Origin: Clostridia bacterium | GTDB taxonomy: Bacteria > Bacillota > Clostridia > Christensenellales > DTU072 | NCBI GenBank assembly: GCA_041670385.1 | Contig: JBAXZI010000004.1 | Coordinates: 1-57,608 of the forward strand | Reading direction: 5' to 3' | Length of the DNA: 57,608 nucleotides | Shown: piece by piece, positions 20,455 through 28,475 of the stretch | Numbering within the stretch: position 1 is the stretch's first letter | How the letters are laid out: every line of letters begins with the position of its first letter | Notes under the pieces: generated by a model | Seen by the model: the letters and a program-made list of their open reading frames with translations, nothing else | The model's database searches: none | Told to the model about the DNA's origin: nothing | Translations under genes and position numbers: made by a program

Positions 20455-22767
20455 ATGGAAATTAGGTACACGTCAGATTTACAAAAGGTTTTAGAAGTTG
20501 CTAAGACCTTTTCTTTTGAAAATCAAATAAATTCAACTCAGCTTTTGGTAGCATTAGCAACGAGTAAGAATACGTTTAGTTATGAAATACTAACTAGACT
20601 AGGTTTTGACAGCAAAATTGCTAAGAGTTATCTTGTAGGGACAGCAATAGGAAATGGTGAAGATAAATATTACACTTTAATAATGGAATATGCATCTAAG
20701 GTGGCTCATTTTAGTAAATTATCTCAAGTGGACACTCATCACATATTACTTGCTATTTGCTATTATCGAGAAAGTCCACCTTGCAAAATTTTGTCAAGGC
20801 ATAATATTGACTATAATGTAATTTTACCAATTATAAATGGAATGAATTATCACGCTATTTATACAAATTCGGAAGATAGCGAAATTAAAACAATCAGTAT
20901 CAGTAATAATCAAGAAATTAAAAAAGAGGTATCATTACCTAAAGAACTTCTGGAAAATGGTTATGACCTAACAAAAAGAGCTAGTGAAAATAAACTATCA
21001 CCATTAGTCGGGCGAGAGGAAGAAATCGATAGAATAATAAGAATATTATCGAGAAAAACAAAAAACAATCCGTTATTAATCGGTGAAAGTGGAGTTGGGA
21101 AAACCGCTATTATAGAAGGATTATGCCAACAAATTATAGAGGACAATGTTCCAGAATTTTTAAAGGGCAAAACAATATTTGCACTTAACATAAACAGTGT
21201 AGTATCGGGGACAAGGTATAGGGGCGAATTAGAAGAAAAAATTAAAATAGTTATAGATTATGTTATTGAGAAAGGGCTAATATTGTTTATTGATGAAATG
21301 CACACAATTATTAATTCGGGCAATAGCGAAAACGGTATGAATATAAGCAATATTCTAAAACCATATCTTACTAATGGCGATTTGTGTGTAATAGGAACTA
21401 CTACTATAGCTGAATATAGGCAAAGTATAGAAAAGGATAAGGGATTATCAAGGCGTTTTATGGTAGTAATGATAGAAGAACCAAACAAAGAAGATAGTTA
21501 CAAAATTTTGTCTAGGGTAAAAGTTAGCTTGGAAAATTATCATAAAATTAAAATTGATGATAATACGGTAAATTTATGCGTGGATTTATCATCAAGATAT
21601 ATCACCGATAAGTTTTTACCGGATAAAGCCATTGATTTGTTAGATGAGGCTTGTGCAAAAAAACGCAACCAAGCAAAGAATGATACTAATGATATCATAG
21701 TAAATGCAGATGATATTTATAAAATTGTAGCCGAGATTACAAAAATCCCAATAGGACAATTAGATACAGTAGAAGTAGGGAAGCTAAGCAATATAGAAAA
21801 TGAATTAAATAGTGAGATAGTTGGACAATCCGAAGCTATTGCTAAATTAGTAAAAGCAATAAAAAGAGGGCGTGCAGGTGTATCACAGGCTACCAAACCG
21901 ACTGGTTCTTTTATATTTTTAGGTGCAACAGGGGTGGGTAAGACAGCCACAGCAAAAGCATTGGCAAAACATTTATTTGGTAACGAAAATTCACTTATAA
22001 GATTTGATATGAGTGAATATATGGAAAAAAATTCAGTTAATAAACTAATTGGTGCACCACCTGGATATGTTGGATATGATGAAGGCGGTATGCTTACCGA
22101 GCAAGTGAAGAGAAAACCTTATTCAATAATATTATTTGATGAAATAGAAAAAGCACATTTAGATGTATTTAATGTATTACTTCAAGTACTTGATGATGGA
22201 AGACTTACCGATAATGTAGGACAAACTATAAATTTTTGTAATTGCATTATTATAATGACTAGTAATATAGGTATTAAAGAACTAAATACAGGCAAACAAG
22301 TAGGGTTTGGCAATTCTAATAATGTAGAAGAAGATTTTACAAAGTATGAAGCAGAATTGAAAAAATCTTTAGAAGCAAAATTGCCACCGGAATTTATAAA
22401 TAGAATTGATAGCATAATTATTTATAAGTATCTTACAAAGGACAATTTGAAAGAGATAGCAAACCTATTTATAAAACAATTAAGTACTAATGTTTTTGAT
22501 TCTAGAAAAATAACTTTGAAAGTTGCTAAATCAACAGTTGATTATTTAGTAGAAATGTCTTATAATATAAAATATGGAGCGAGGCCACTTAAAAGGGCAA
22601 TACAAGATAACCTAGAAGACCAGCTTAGCGACCAGATAATTAAAAACGATTTGCACGATGTAATAGTCGAAGTAAATATTAATTCAAACAATCAATTAGA
22701 TTTTCTAATTGACAAAGGAGGACCAAATGCAAATAGAGATTATGAACAAAAATTATTACCTAGATGA
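20455..22767 (+). CDS. ClpC/ClpA-type AAA+ unfoldase (Clp protease ATP-binding subunit) lacking the middle (UVR/coiled-coil) domain
   Basis: 770 aa. Two Clp_N-like repeats; D1 Walker A GESGVGKTA; D2 GATGVGKTA with sensor GARPLKRAIQ; ClpP-docking tripeptide VGF. Only ~9 residues lie between ...LDEACAKKRN and the D2 lead-in IVNADDIYKIV. Confidence 0.85.
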   Translation: MEIRYTSDLQKVLEVAKTFSFENQINSTQLLVALATSKNTFSYEILTRLGFDSKIAKSYLVGTAIGNGEDKYYTLIMEYASKVAHFSKLSQVDTHHILLAICYYRESPPCKILSRHNIDYNVILPIINGMNYHAIYTNSEDSEIKTISISNNQEIKKEVSLPKELLENGYDLTKRASENKLSPLVGREEEIDRIIRILSRKTKNNPLLIGESGVGKTAIIEGLCQQIIEDNVPEFLKGKTIFALNINSVVSGTRYRGELEEKIKIVIDYVIEKGLILFIDEMHTIINSGNSENGMNISNILKPYLTNGDLCVIGTTTIAEYRQSIEKDKGLSRRFMVVMIEEPNKEDSYKILSRVKVSLENYHKIKIDDNTVNLCVDLSSRYITDKFLPDKAIDLLDEACAKKRNQAKNDTNDIIVNADDIYKIVAEITKIPIGQLDTVEVGKLSNIENELNSEIVGQSEAIAKLVKAIKRGRAGVSQATKPTGSFIFLGATGVGKTATAKALAKHLFGNENSLIRFDMSEYMEKNSVNKLIGAPPGYVGYDEGGMLTEQVKRKPYSIILFDEIEKAHLDVFNVLLQVLDDGRLTDNVGQTINFCNCIIIMTSNIGIKELNTGKQVGFGNSNNVEEDFTKYEAELKKSLEAKLPPEFINRIDSIIIYKYLTKDNLKEIANLFIKQLSTNVFDSRKITLKVAKSTVDYLVEMSYNIKYGARPLKRAIQDNLEDQLSDQIIKNDLHDVIVEVNINSNNQLDFLIDKGGPNANRDYEQKLLPR

Positions 22768-23260
22768 TGGTTTTAAAGAAGTTATTATCAAAAAACTAAC
22801 GAAATTTGATAAATATTTTGATAACGAAGCAGATGCAAAGGTAAAACTAACAAAGTTTGGTAATGACAAATATACTATGGAAATAAGTATTAATGCAAAA
22901 AGTATCGATGTCGTAAGGTCATCAACAACTACTGATGATATGAAAAGTAATTTAGATATAGTATTACCTAAATTAGAAAGACAAATAGTAAAACATCGTA
23001 AAAAATTGGATTCAAAATTCCGTGTTACTGCTTTTGATACACCAGTAATTTACAACGAAAACAATAAAATAGAAAAAGAAATAGGAAAAGTAGTTAAGGT
23101 TAAGAACTTTAATATGGACACTATAAATATTTCTGAGGCTATGGAAAGAATGGAGCTTCTTGATCACGATTTCTATGTATTTAATAACATAGAACATGAT
23201 AAAATAAGCATATTATATTTAAGAAATGATGGAGATTATGGTCTAATTGAAGCAGATTAG
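22727..23260 (+). CDS. hpf: ribosome hibernation promoting factor (long HPF)
   Basis: MQIEIMNKNYYLDDGFKEVIIKKLTKFDKYF..., with a C-terminal dimerisation domain ...DHDFYVFNN...ILYLRNDGDYGLIE. The ATG sits 6 nt after AAAGGAGGA. The first 41 nt overlap the clp gene. Confidence 0.85.
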   Translation: MQIEIMNKNYYLDDGFKEVIIKKLTKFDKYFDNEADAKVKLTKFGNDKYTMEISINAKSIDVVRSSTTTDDMKSNLDIVLPKLERQIVKHRKKLDSKFRVTAFDTPVIYNENNKIEKEIGKVVKVKNFNMDTINISEAMERMELLDHDFYVFNNIEHDKISILYLRNDGDYGLIEAD

Positions 23261-23273
23261 AACAAATTAAGTA

Positions 23274-24089
23274 ATGGAAATAGGAATATCAACAGCATCA
23301 TTTTTTACAAAAGAAAAAACAGAAGATGCTATTTTAGAAATTAATAAATTAAAAATACCTGTATGTGAAATCTTTTTGGGAACTTTCTCCGAATATAAAC
23401 CTGAGTTTATTGATGAGTTAGTTTCCCGAAAAGATGGCCTACAGGTTTATTCTATTCATACCCTTAACCAACAATTTGAACCAGAACTATTCAGTAGTAT
23501 GGATAGAACAAGGAGTGATGGTGAAGGTTTTTTTCAAACCGTTATTGAGGGTGCTGAAAAATTAGGTGCAAAGTATTACACTTTTCACGGACCGGCAAAA
23601 ATCAAAAAAATTAAATATAATCTTAATTATGAAAGAATTGGTAATAGAGTCGAGCAATTATGCGATTTTGTAAAATTGCATAGCCACAATACTACCGAAT
23701 TAACATATGAAAATGTTCATTGGACCTATTATAACGAACCCGATTATATTACTAATATAGGTAAATACACAAATGTGGGCACTGTGCTCGATATAAAACA
23801 AGCAATGCAGTCACAAATTGATGTTTATGATTACCTTGACAAAATGGGCGATAGATTGCGAAATGTTCATTTATGCGATTATGATGCAAATGGCAAGTTG
23901 GAATTACCTGGTAATGGAATTTTTGATTTCACACAATTATTTTCTAGATTATTAAAAATGGGATATAATGGCTGTGGAATGATAGAAGTTTATCCCGATA
24001 ATTACAAAACTTACGACCAACTTGTTAAATGTTATGATTATCTAAATGAATGTCTATATAAAGCAAAAAACAATGAAGGAGAAATGTAA
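23274..24089 (+). CDS. sugar phosphate isomerase/epimerase (xylose-isomerase-like TIM barrel) family protein
   Basis: 271 aa with the pattern typical of the AP_endonuc_2 family (GAKYYTFHGP, NVHLCDYD, IEVY). Confidence 0.6.
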   Translation: MEIGISTASFFTKEKTEDAILEINKLKIPVCEIFLGTFSEYKPEFIDELVSRKDGLQVYSIHTLNQQFEPELFSSMDRTRSDGEGFFQTVIEGAEKLGAKYYTFHGPAKIKKIKYNLNYERIGNRVEQLCDFVKLHSHNTTELTYENVHWTYYNEPDYITNIGKYTNVGTVLDIKQAMQSQIDVYDYLDKMGDRLRNVHLCDYDANGKLELPGNGIFDFTQLFSRLLKMGYNGCGMIEVYPDNYKTYDQLVKCYDYLNECLYKAKNNEGEM

Positions 24090-25498
24090 TGACAAAGAAG
24101 ACACAAGCAATAAAATTTGACTATAATAATATGATGTCAGATTATATAGGCAGTGAAGGAATCACTGACAAAGAAATTAAAGCAAAGGCAGAAGAAACTA
24201 TCAATGCTTATAATATTGTTATGGAAGGAAGAGGCAAAAATATGATGGGTTGGACAGACCTTGCCTACAACCAAGACGAAATAGTAGCTGAAATTAATGA
24301 AACCGCTAAGGAAATTAGAAAGAACTTTGACAATTTTGTAGTATTAGGAATTGGTGGTTCTGCTTTAGGTCCAATGGCAGTTTTTCAAGCATTAAAGCAT
24401 TTACATCATAATGAATTACCAAAATCAAAAAGAAAAGCACCAAAATTCTATGTTGAAGATAATGTAGACCCAGAAAGAATGTGTGCTTTACTTGATGTAA
24501 TTGATATCAAAAAAACTATGTTTAATGTAATTACAAAAAGTGGTGCAACTAGTGAAACTATGTCACAATACCTTATTATTATGGATATTTTGAAAACTCA
24601 ATTAGGGAGTGAAGCTAGTAAACATATTGTTGCTACAACAAGTAAAGAAAGAGGTAATTTAATTAAAATTGCTAAAGAGGAAAACCTTAAAACTTTTTAT
24701 ATTCCAGATGGCGTTGGTGGTCGTTTTAGCGAACTTTGTCCAGTTGGCTTGTTACCTGCTGCAGTATTAGGAATAAAAATCAAAGATATACTTAAGGGTG
24801 CTAAATTTATGGATAAGCTTTCACAAAAGAAAGATTATAAGAAAAATCCAGCTTTAATGGCAGCTTTGTTACAATACATATCTATGGAAAAAGGCAAAAA
24901 TATATCTGTTATGATGCCTTATGCTGATAGTTTGAAACTTATGTCTGATTGGTATGCACAATTATGGGGCGAATCTCTAGGCAAAGCTATGAATCGTAAC
25001 GGTAATAAAGTTTTCGTTGGACAAACACCAGTTAAGGCAGTAGGTGTAACTGACCAACATAGCCAAGTACAATTATATACAGAAGGTCCATTTGATAAAG
25101 TAGTTACTTTTATCGGAGTAGAATCTTATCGTAAAGAAGTAGTAATTAGTGAGGGTTGTAAAGACATTCCTAGTGTAAACTTCCTTTGTGGACATACTCT
25201 AAATGAACTAATTACCGCAGAAATGAATGCAACTGAATATGCACTAACAAGAGCTAATAGGCTTAATAACCGTATTATGCTACCTGAAGTAAACGAGTTT
25301 TATTTGGGACAACTTATGATGCTATTTATGATGCAAACAGCATTTACCGGTGCTTATCTAAATATCGATACCTTTAATCAACCGGGTGTAGAAGAAGGCA
25401 AAAATGCAACTTATGCACTTTTAGGAAGAGAAGGATATGAAGCAAAGAGAGAAGAACTAAATTCTAGTAAAGTAAAATGTGATAAATATATAATCTAA
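24089..25498 (+). CDS. pgi: glucose-6-phosphate isomerase
   Basis: 469 aa. VVLGIGGSALGP, SKSGATSET-like ITKSGATSET, DGVGGRFSE, and VTDQHSQVQLYTEG. Confidence 0.9.
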   Translation: MTKKTQAIKFDYNNMMSDYIGSEGITDKEIKAKAEETINAYNIVMEGRGKNMMGWTDLAYNQDEIVAEINETAKEIRKNFDNFVVLGIGGSALGPMAVFQALKHLHHNELPKSKRKAPKFYVEDNVDPERMCALLDVIDIKKTMFNVITKSGATSETMSQYLIIMDILKTQLGSEASKHIVATTSKERGNLIKIAKEENLKTFYIPDGVGGRFSELCPVGLLPAAVLGIKIKDILKGAKFMDKLSQKKDYKKNPALMAALLQYISMEKGKNISVMMPYADSLKLMSDWYAQLWGESLGKAMNRNGNKVFVGQTPVKAVGVTDQHSQVQLYTEGPFDKVVTFIGVESYRKEVVISEGCKDIPSVNFLCGHTLNELITAEMNATEYALTRANRLNNRIMLPEVNEFYLGQLMMLFMMQTAFTGAYLNIDTFNQPGVEEGKNATYALLGREGYEAKREELNSSKVKCDKYII

Positions 25499-25528
25499 TT
25501 TTATATTTTAATATTAAAGAATAAGCAA

Positions 25529-25562
25529 AAAGGCTTTCCATAAATTATGGAAAGCCTTTTTT
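25529..25562. terminator. bidirectional intrinsic terminator between pgi and thiT
   Basis: Perfect 13-bp hairpin AAAGGCTTTCCAT-aaatt-ATGGAAAGCCTTT, flanked by an A-run and a T-run. Confidence 0.85.
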
Positions 25563-25592
25563 GAATTTAAGTTTTTTATTATTTTAATTTGA

Positions 25593-26699
25593 TTAATTCA
25601 CATTGTCTTCAACAATAAGCATTTTAGCAAAACTTTTTGAACTGCACATAATCACACCTGCGCCCAAACAAATAGCTAAGTCTACAAATACAAATAAATT
25701 GTATAAAAATCCCCAAGCTATAGCTCCGTAACCAGCTTCTGCATAACAAGAGAAAGCGAAAATACCGCTTGTTACGTGACAGAAATAACGTAATATTCCT
25801 GCAAATAATCCACCAAAAAATATAGAAAGAACAACATTATTTTTGAAAATGCCTATTTCTTTAAATATTCCAGCTAAACCAATTGCGCCAAAAGCTATTA
25901 TATAGTCAAGGAAAAATTGTGCAGGGTGAATTATCCAAGGGTCTTGAATTGCTTGCAATATTCCAAAAATAGAACCAATTAGTACACCTTTTCTAATACC
26001 GAACATATAACTATAGAAAATTATAGGTAGTAGGCAAGCAAGAGTTACTGACCCGCCTTGAGGTAATTTGAACATTCTAATATAGCTTAATGCAAAAGCA
26101 AGTGCGATAGAAACTGATGCATAAACAATACTTTTTGTAGTAGTTTTTCTCTTTTTCCCAAATATTAATGCTAAAGCAACAATAATTACTATTAATGCTA
26201 TTGCACTAATTATTAAGCCAATATTGCTTACATTCTCATAATATTCACTATCTTTGATATTTTGAACATAATAAATTGATATACAAACAATACTTGCTAT
26301 TACAGGTAAAGTAATGATACCAAGTCCAATAAATGAATATTTTTTCATTATCTCTGGTTTAATTAAGTTAATAGCAATACCAATTACAGCAAGCAAAATG
26401 CCTACAATTGCAGTAACTAATATAGGATAGAATATTAGCGGATAAAGATATCCCTCGGTTACCATTGCGTCTATTTTAAAGAAGAACATAGAACAAATAA
26501 CAGTAATAGAGTATCCTACTAAGATACCAATAGCATATTTACTAAAACTAGGCATATTTTCTTTGCGATATTTTTTAGTAAAAAAACCGATTATGGCAAT
26601 AATTGCCACTAGTGAGATAGTTACATATAAAAATATGCGACTAAATTTGTCATCAATTGACATTTCAGAAAAGGGTATGGTTGTTGTAGATAAAAGCAT
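25593..26699 (-). CDS. thiT: thiamine ECF-transporter S component ThiT fused to an extra N-terminal multi-TM domain
   Basis: The C-terminal ~180 aa carry ThiT hallmarks (ALSYIRMFKLPQGGSVTLA..., HPAQFFLDYIIAFGAIGLAG). Start reassigned to the ATG at 26699, 5 nt after AAGGAG. The track start at 26750 lies inside the riboswitch terminator. Confidence 0.75.
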   Translation of the reverse strand: MLLSTTTIPFSEMSIDDKFSRIFLYVTISLVAIIAIIGFFTKKYRKENMPSFSKYAIGILVGYSITVICSMFFFKIDAMVTEGYLYPLIFYPILVTAIVGILLAVIGIAINLIKPEIMKKYSFIGLGIITLPVIASIVCISIYYVQNIKDSEYYENVSNIGLIISAIALIVIIVALALIFGKKRKTTTKSIVYASVSIALAFALSYIRMFKLPQGGSVTLACLLPIIFYSYMFGIRKGVLIGSIFGILQAIQDPWIIHPAQFFLDYIIAFGAIGLAGIFKEIGIFKNNVVLSIFFGGLFAGILRYFCHVTSGIFAFSCYAEAGYGAIAWGFLYNLFVFVDLAICLGAGVIMCSSKSFAKMLIVEDNVN

Positions 26700-26736
26700 T
26701 TTTTCTCCTTCTATTGCATTATGGCGAGCTATAAAC

Positions 26737-26860
26737 GAAAAAACTCGCAAGCAAACTAGCTTACGAGCGACAGTTTACTTCCTTTCGTGAGTACTAACTC
26801 AATCAAGTTCGGAGGGTTTAATCTCAGACATTCTTTTGGGAATGTCACCCCTAGCAATAA
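26737..26860 (-). promoter_or_regulatory. TPP (THI-box) riboswitch with terminator expression platform
   Basis: The reverse strand reads CTAGGGGTGACATTCCCAAAAGAATGTCTGAGATTAAACCCTCCGAACTTGATTGAGTTAGTACTCACGAAAGGAAG. This contains the conserved GGGGUG, CUGAGA, ACCC and GAAC(U)UGAU...AGGAAG blocks. It is followed by the hairpin CTCGTAAGC/GCTTGCGAG plus U6. Confidence 0.85.
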
Positions 26861-26986
26861 TTATAATTTTATTATCTATAATATTAGCGATATTATTTTT
26901 ATTTGTCAAGAAATATTATTAAAATTAATATATATTTTGACAAATTTCTTATTGCAAAATATTATGGAGTTTGTTATCCTTAATAT

Positions 26987-27934
26987 ATGAATACTATTGA
27001 AGTTAAGAATTTATATCTAAAATACAATTTTGGTACACTAGCTCTTCAAAATATTAATTTTGAGGTTTCTCGTGGTGAAGTAATGACAATTTTAGGAGAT
27101 AGAGAGGCGGGTAAAACTTCTCTTATTAAATCTATTGCTGGTCTTTACCAACCTACAAGGGGTATGATTATTAATAATTATGAAGACTTACTAAAATTGC
27201 CAATAAAAGATAGGAATGTAGCTGCTGTTTATAGTGAAAATAATTTTTTTTATAAAAAAACTGTGGAATATAATGTAGCGTATCCATTAAAAATTAGAAA
27301 TATTAAGCAAGAAGAAATTGATACAATTGTAAAAAAATGCTTAAAACTACTAGTAATCACAGAAATAGCTGATAAAAAAATTAGTGAACTTACACCATAT
27401 GAAAAGTTAAAAGTTGCTATATGTCGGTTGTTTGTTAGACAACCTAGATGTTTTTTGATAGATAATCCATTACAAAACTTTAATGCAAAAGATAGATGGA
27501 AAATTTTCAATAAATTAGCTACATATATAGATGATTTGAAATATGTTGCACCAGTAATTTTTACTACAGATAGCGTTCCTGAAGCAAGTTATTTTGGGCA
27601 AAAAGTTTGTTTGCTCAATTATGGAGTAGAAATTCAAAAAGGTAGTATAACTGATTTGAAAGCAAATCCGGAAAGTGTAATTGCTTATAAATTATTTTTC
27701 CCGCAATCAAAGTGTGAAAATGTATTTATCGAAATGTCCAATGGTGATGTTTATTTGGAAATTGATAAGGATAGAGTCTATCTAAAACCTGAATATTTTC
27801 TCAATGAATGTTATTTAGGCGGGGAAGTCACTATTTGCTATATCTTAAATGGAGAAATGTTAGAGCGTGCATCAATAAGAATTTATGATATAAAAAGTGA
27901 AAGACTAATTTATAATAATGATTTGCTTGCATAA
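26987..27934 (+). CDS. MsmX/MalK-like ABC ATPase homolog with degenerate catalytic motifs (probable pseudo-ATPase)
   Basis: 315 aa. The P-loop is GDREAGKT. The Q-loop Gln is replaced (VYSENNFF). The signature LSGGQ is replaced by LTPYE. Walker B reads FLIDNP, with no catalytic Glu. The H-loop reads IFTTDS. A C-terminal MalK-type regulatory domain is retained. No Shine-Dalgarno sequence lies within 15 nt of the ATG. Confidence 0.7.
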   Translation: MNTIEVKNLYLKYNFGTLALQNINFEVSRGEVMTILGDREAGKTSLIKSIAGLYQPTRGMIINNYEDLLKLPIKDRNVAAVYSENNFFYKKTVEYNVAYPLKIRNIKQEEIDTIVKKCLKLLVITEIADKKISELTPYEKLKVAICRLFVRQPRCFLIDNPLQNFNAKDRWKIFNKLATYIDDLKYVAPVIFTTDSVPEASYFGQKVCLLNYGVEIQKGSITDLKANPESVIAYKLFFPQSKCENVFIEMSNGDVYLEIDKDRVYLKPEYFLNECYLGGEVTICYILNGEMLERASIRIYDIKSERLIYNNDLLA

Positions 27935-27958
27935 ATTAAAATTTATAGTCCTGATAAC

Positions 27959-27987
27959 TTGACAATATAAAATTATATAATTATAAT
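27959..27987 (+). promoter_or_regulatory. consensus sigma-A promoter of the TM1266-like/ABC importer operon
   Basis: TTGACA (27959-27964), 17 nt spacer, TATAAT (27982-27987). Confidence 0.65.
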
Positions 27988-28109
27988 AACAGCGTAACCT
28001 AAAATCAATGATATGTTCGGAGATTAAGCTTGCAAGTTTTTAATAATTTATATTTGGATAAAGGGCAGAATGTGTTTATCCATAAGTATAATAAAAATTT
28101 GTTTATAAT

Positions 28110-28137
28110 AAGCTTCGAATAATCGGAGCTTTTTTTA
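28110..28137 (+). terminator. leader (attenuator) terminator upstream of 28172
   Basis: Hairpin AAGCTTCG-aataat-CGGAGCTT followed by T7. The upstream TTCGGAG (28016-28022) can pair instead with CTTCGAA (28113-28119), giving an antiterminator. Confidence 0.6.
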
Positions 28138-28171
28138 TTGTAAATAAAACATACTAGGAGTGAAAATTATT

Positions 28172-28432
28172 ATGAAAAGAATAGGCGTAATAGGCATTGT
28201 AGTAACGGGAAATTCCGATATAGCAATAGAAATTCAAAATATATTAAGTGAGTTTTCGGATATTATAATTGGTAGAATGGGTATCCCAATTAGAGAAAAC
28301 AACATAAAAGCAATTAGTATTATCGTCAAGGGAAGTAATGAAAAAATTAATGCCCTAACAGGAAAACTTGGTCGTATAGACAAAGTAAATATAAAAAGTG
28401 CTCTTACATCTACTATAATAGATGAACAATAA
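28172..28432 (+). CDS. TM1266-family small ACT/NikR-C-like protein (family annotated as iron-only hydrogenase system regulator)
   Basis: 86 aa. MKRIGVIGIVV...IQNILSEFSDIIIGRMGIPIRENNIKAISIIV...INALTGKLGRIDKVNIKSAL fits the pattern I remember for TM1266. ATG is 11 nt after AGGAG. Confidence 0.6.
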   Translation: MKRIGVIGIVVTGNSDIAIEIQNILSEFSDIIIGRMGIPIRENNIKAISIIVKGSNEKINALTGKLGRIDKVNIKSALTSTIIDEQ

Positions 28433-28475
28433 AAACAACAAAAATAATTTAATATAAGGAAGGTAAAAAACTCTA

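Noticed and set aside
26563-26990. Two plus-strand ORFs (26563-26790 and 26787-26990)
   Set aside because: They run antisense to the thiT 5' end and across the TPP riboswitch, its terminator and the divergent promoter region. They have no RBS and their composition is low-complexity.
27990-28171. Leader as a TPP, T-box, SAM, ZTP or guanidine (ykkC) riboswitch
   Set aside because: I could not find the diagnostic cores by eye: CUGAGA/ACCC for TPP, AGGGUGGNACCGCG for T-box, and the ykkC ACUAGGGUUCCG/GGUCCGAGAG blocks. It is therefore reported as unclassified rather than assigned.
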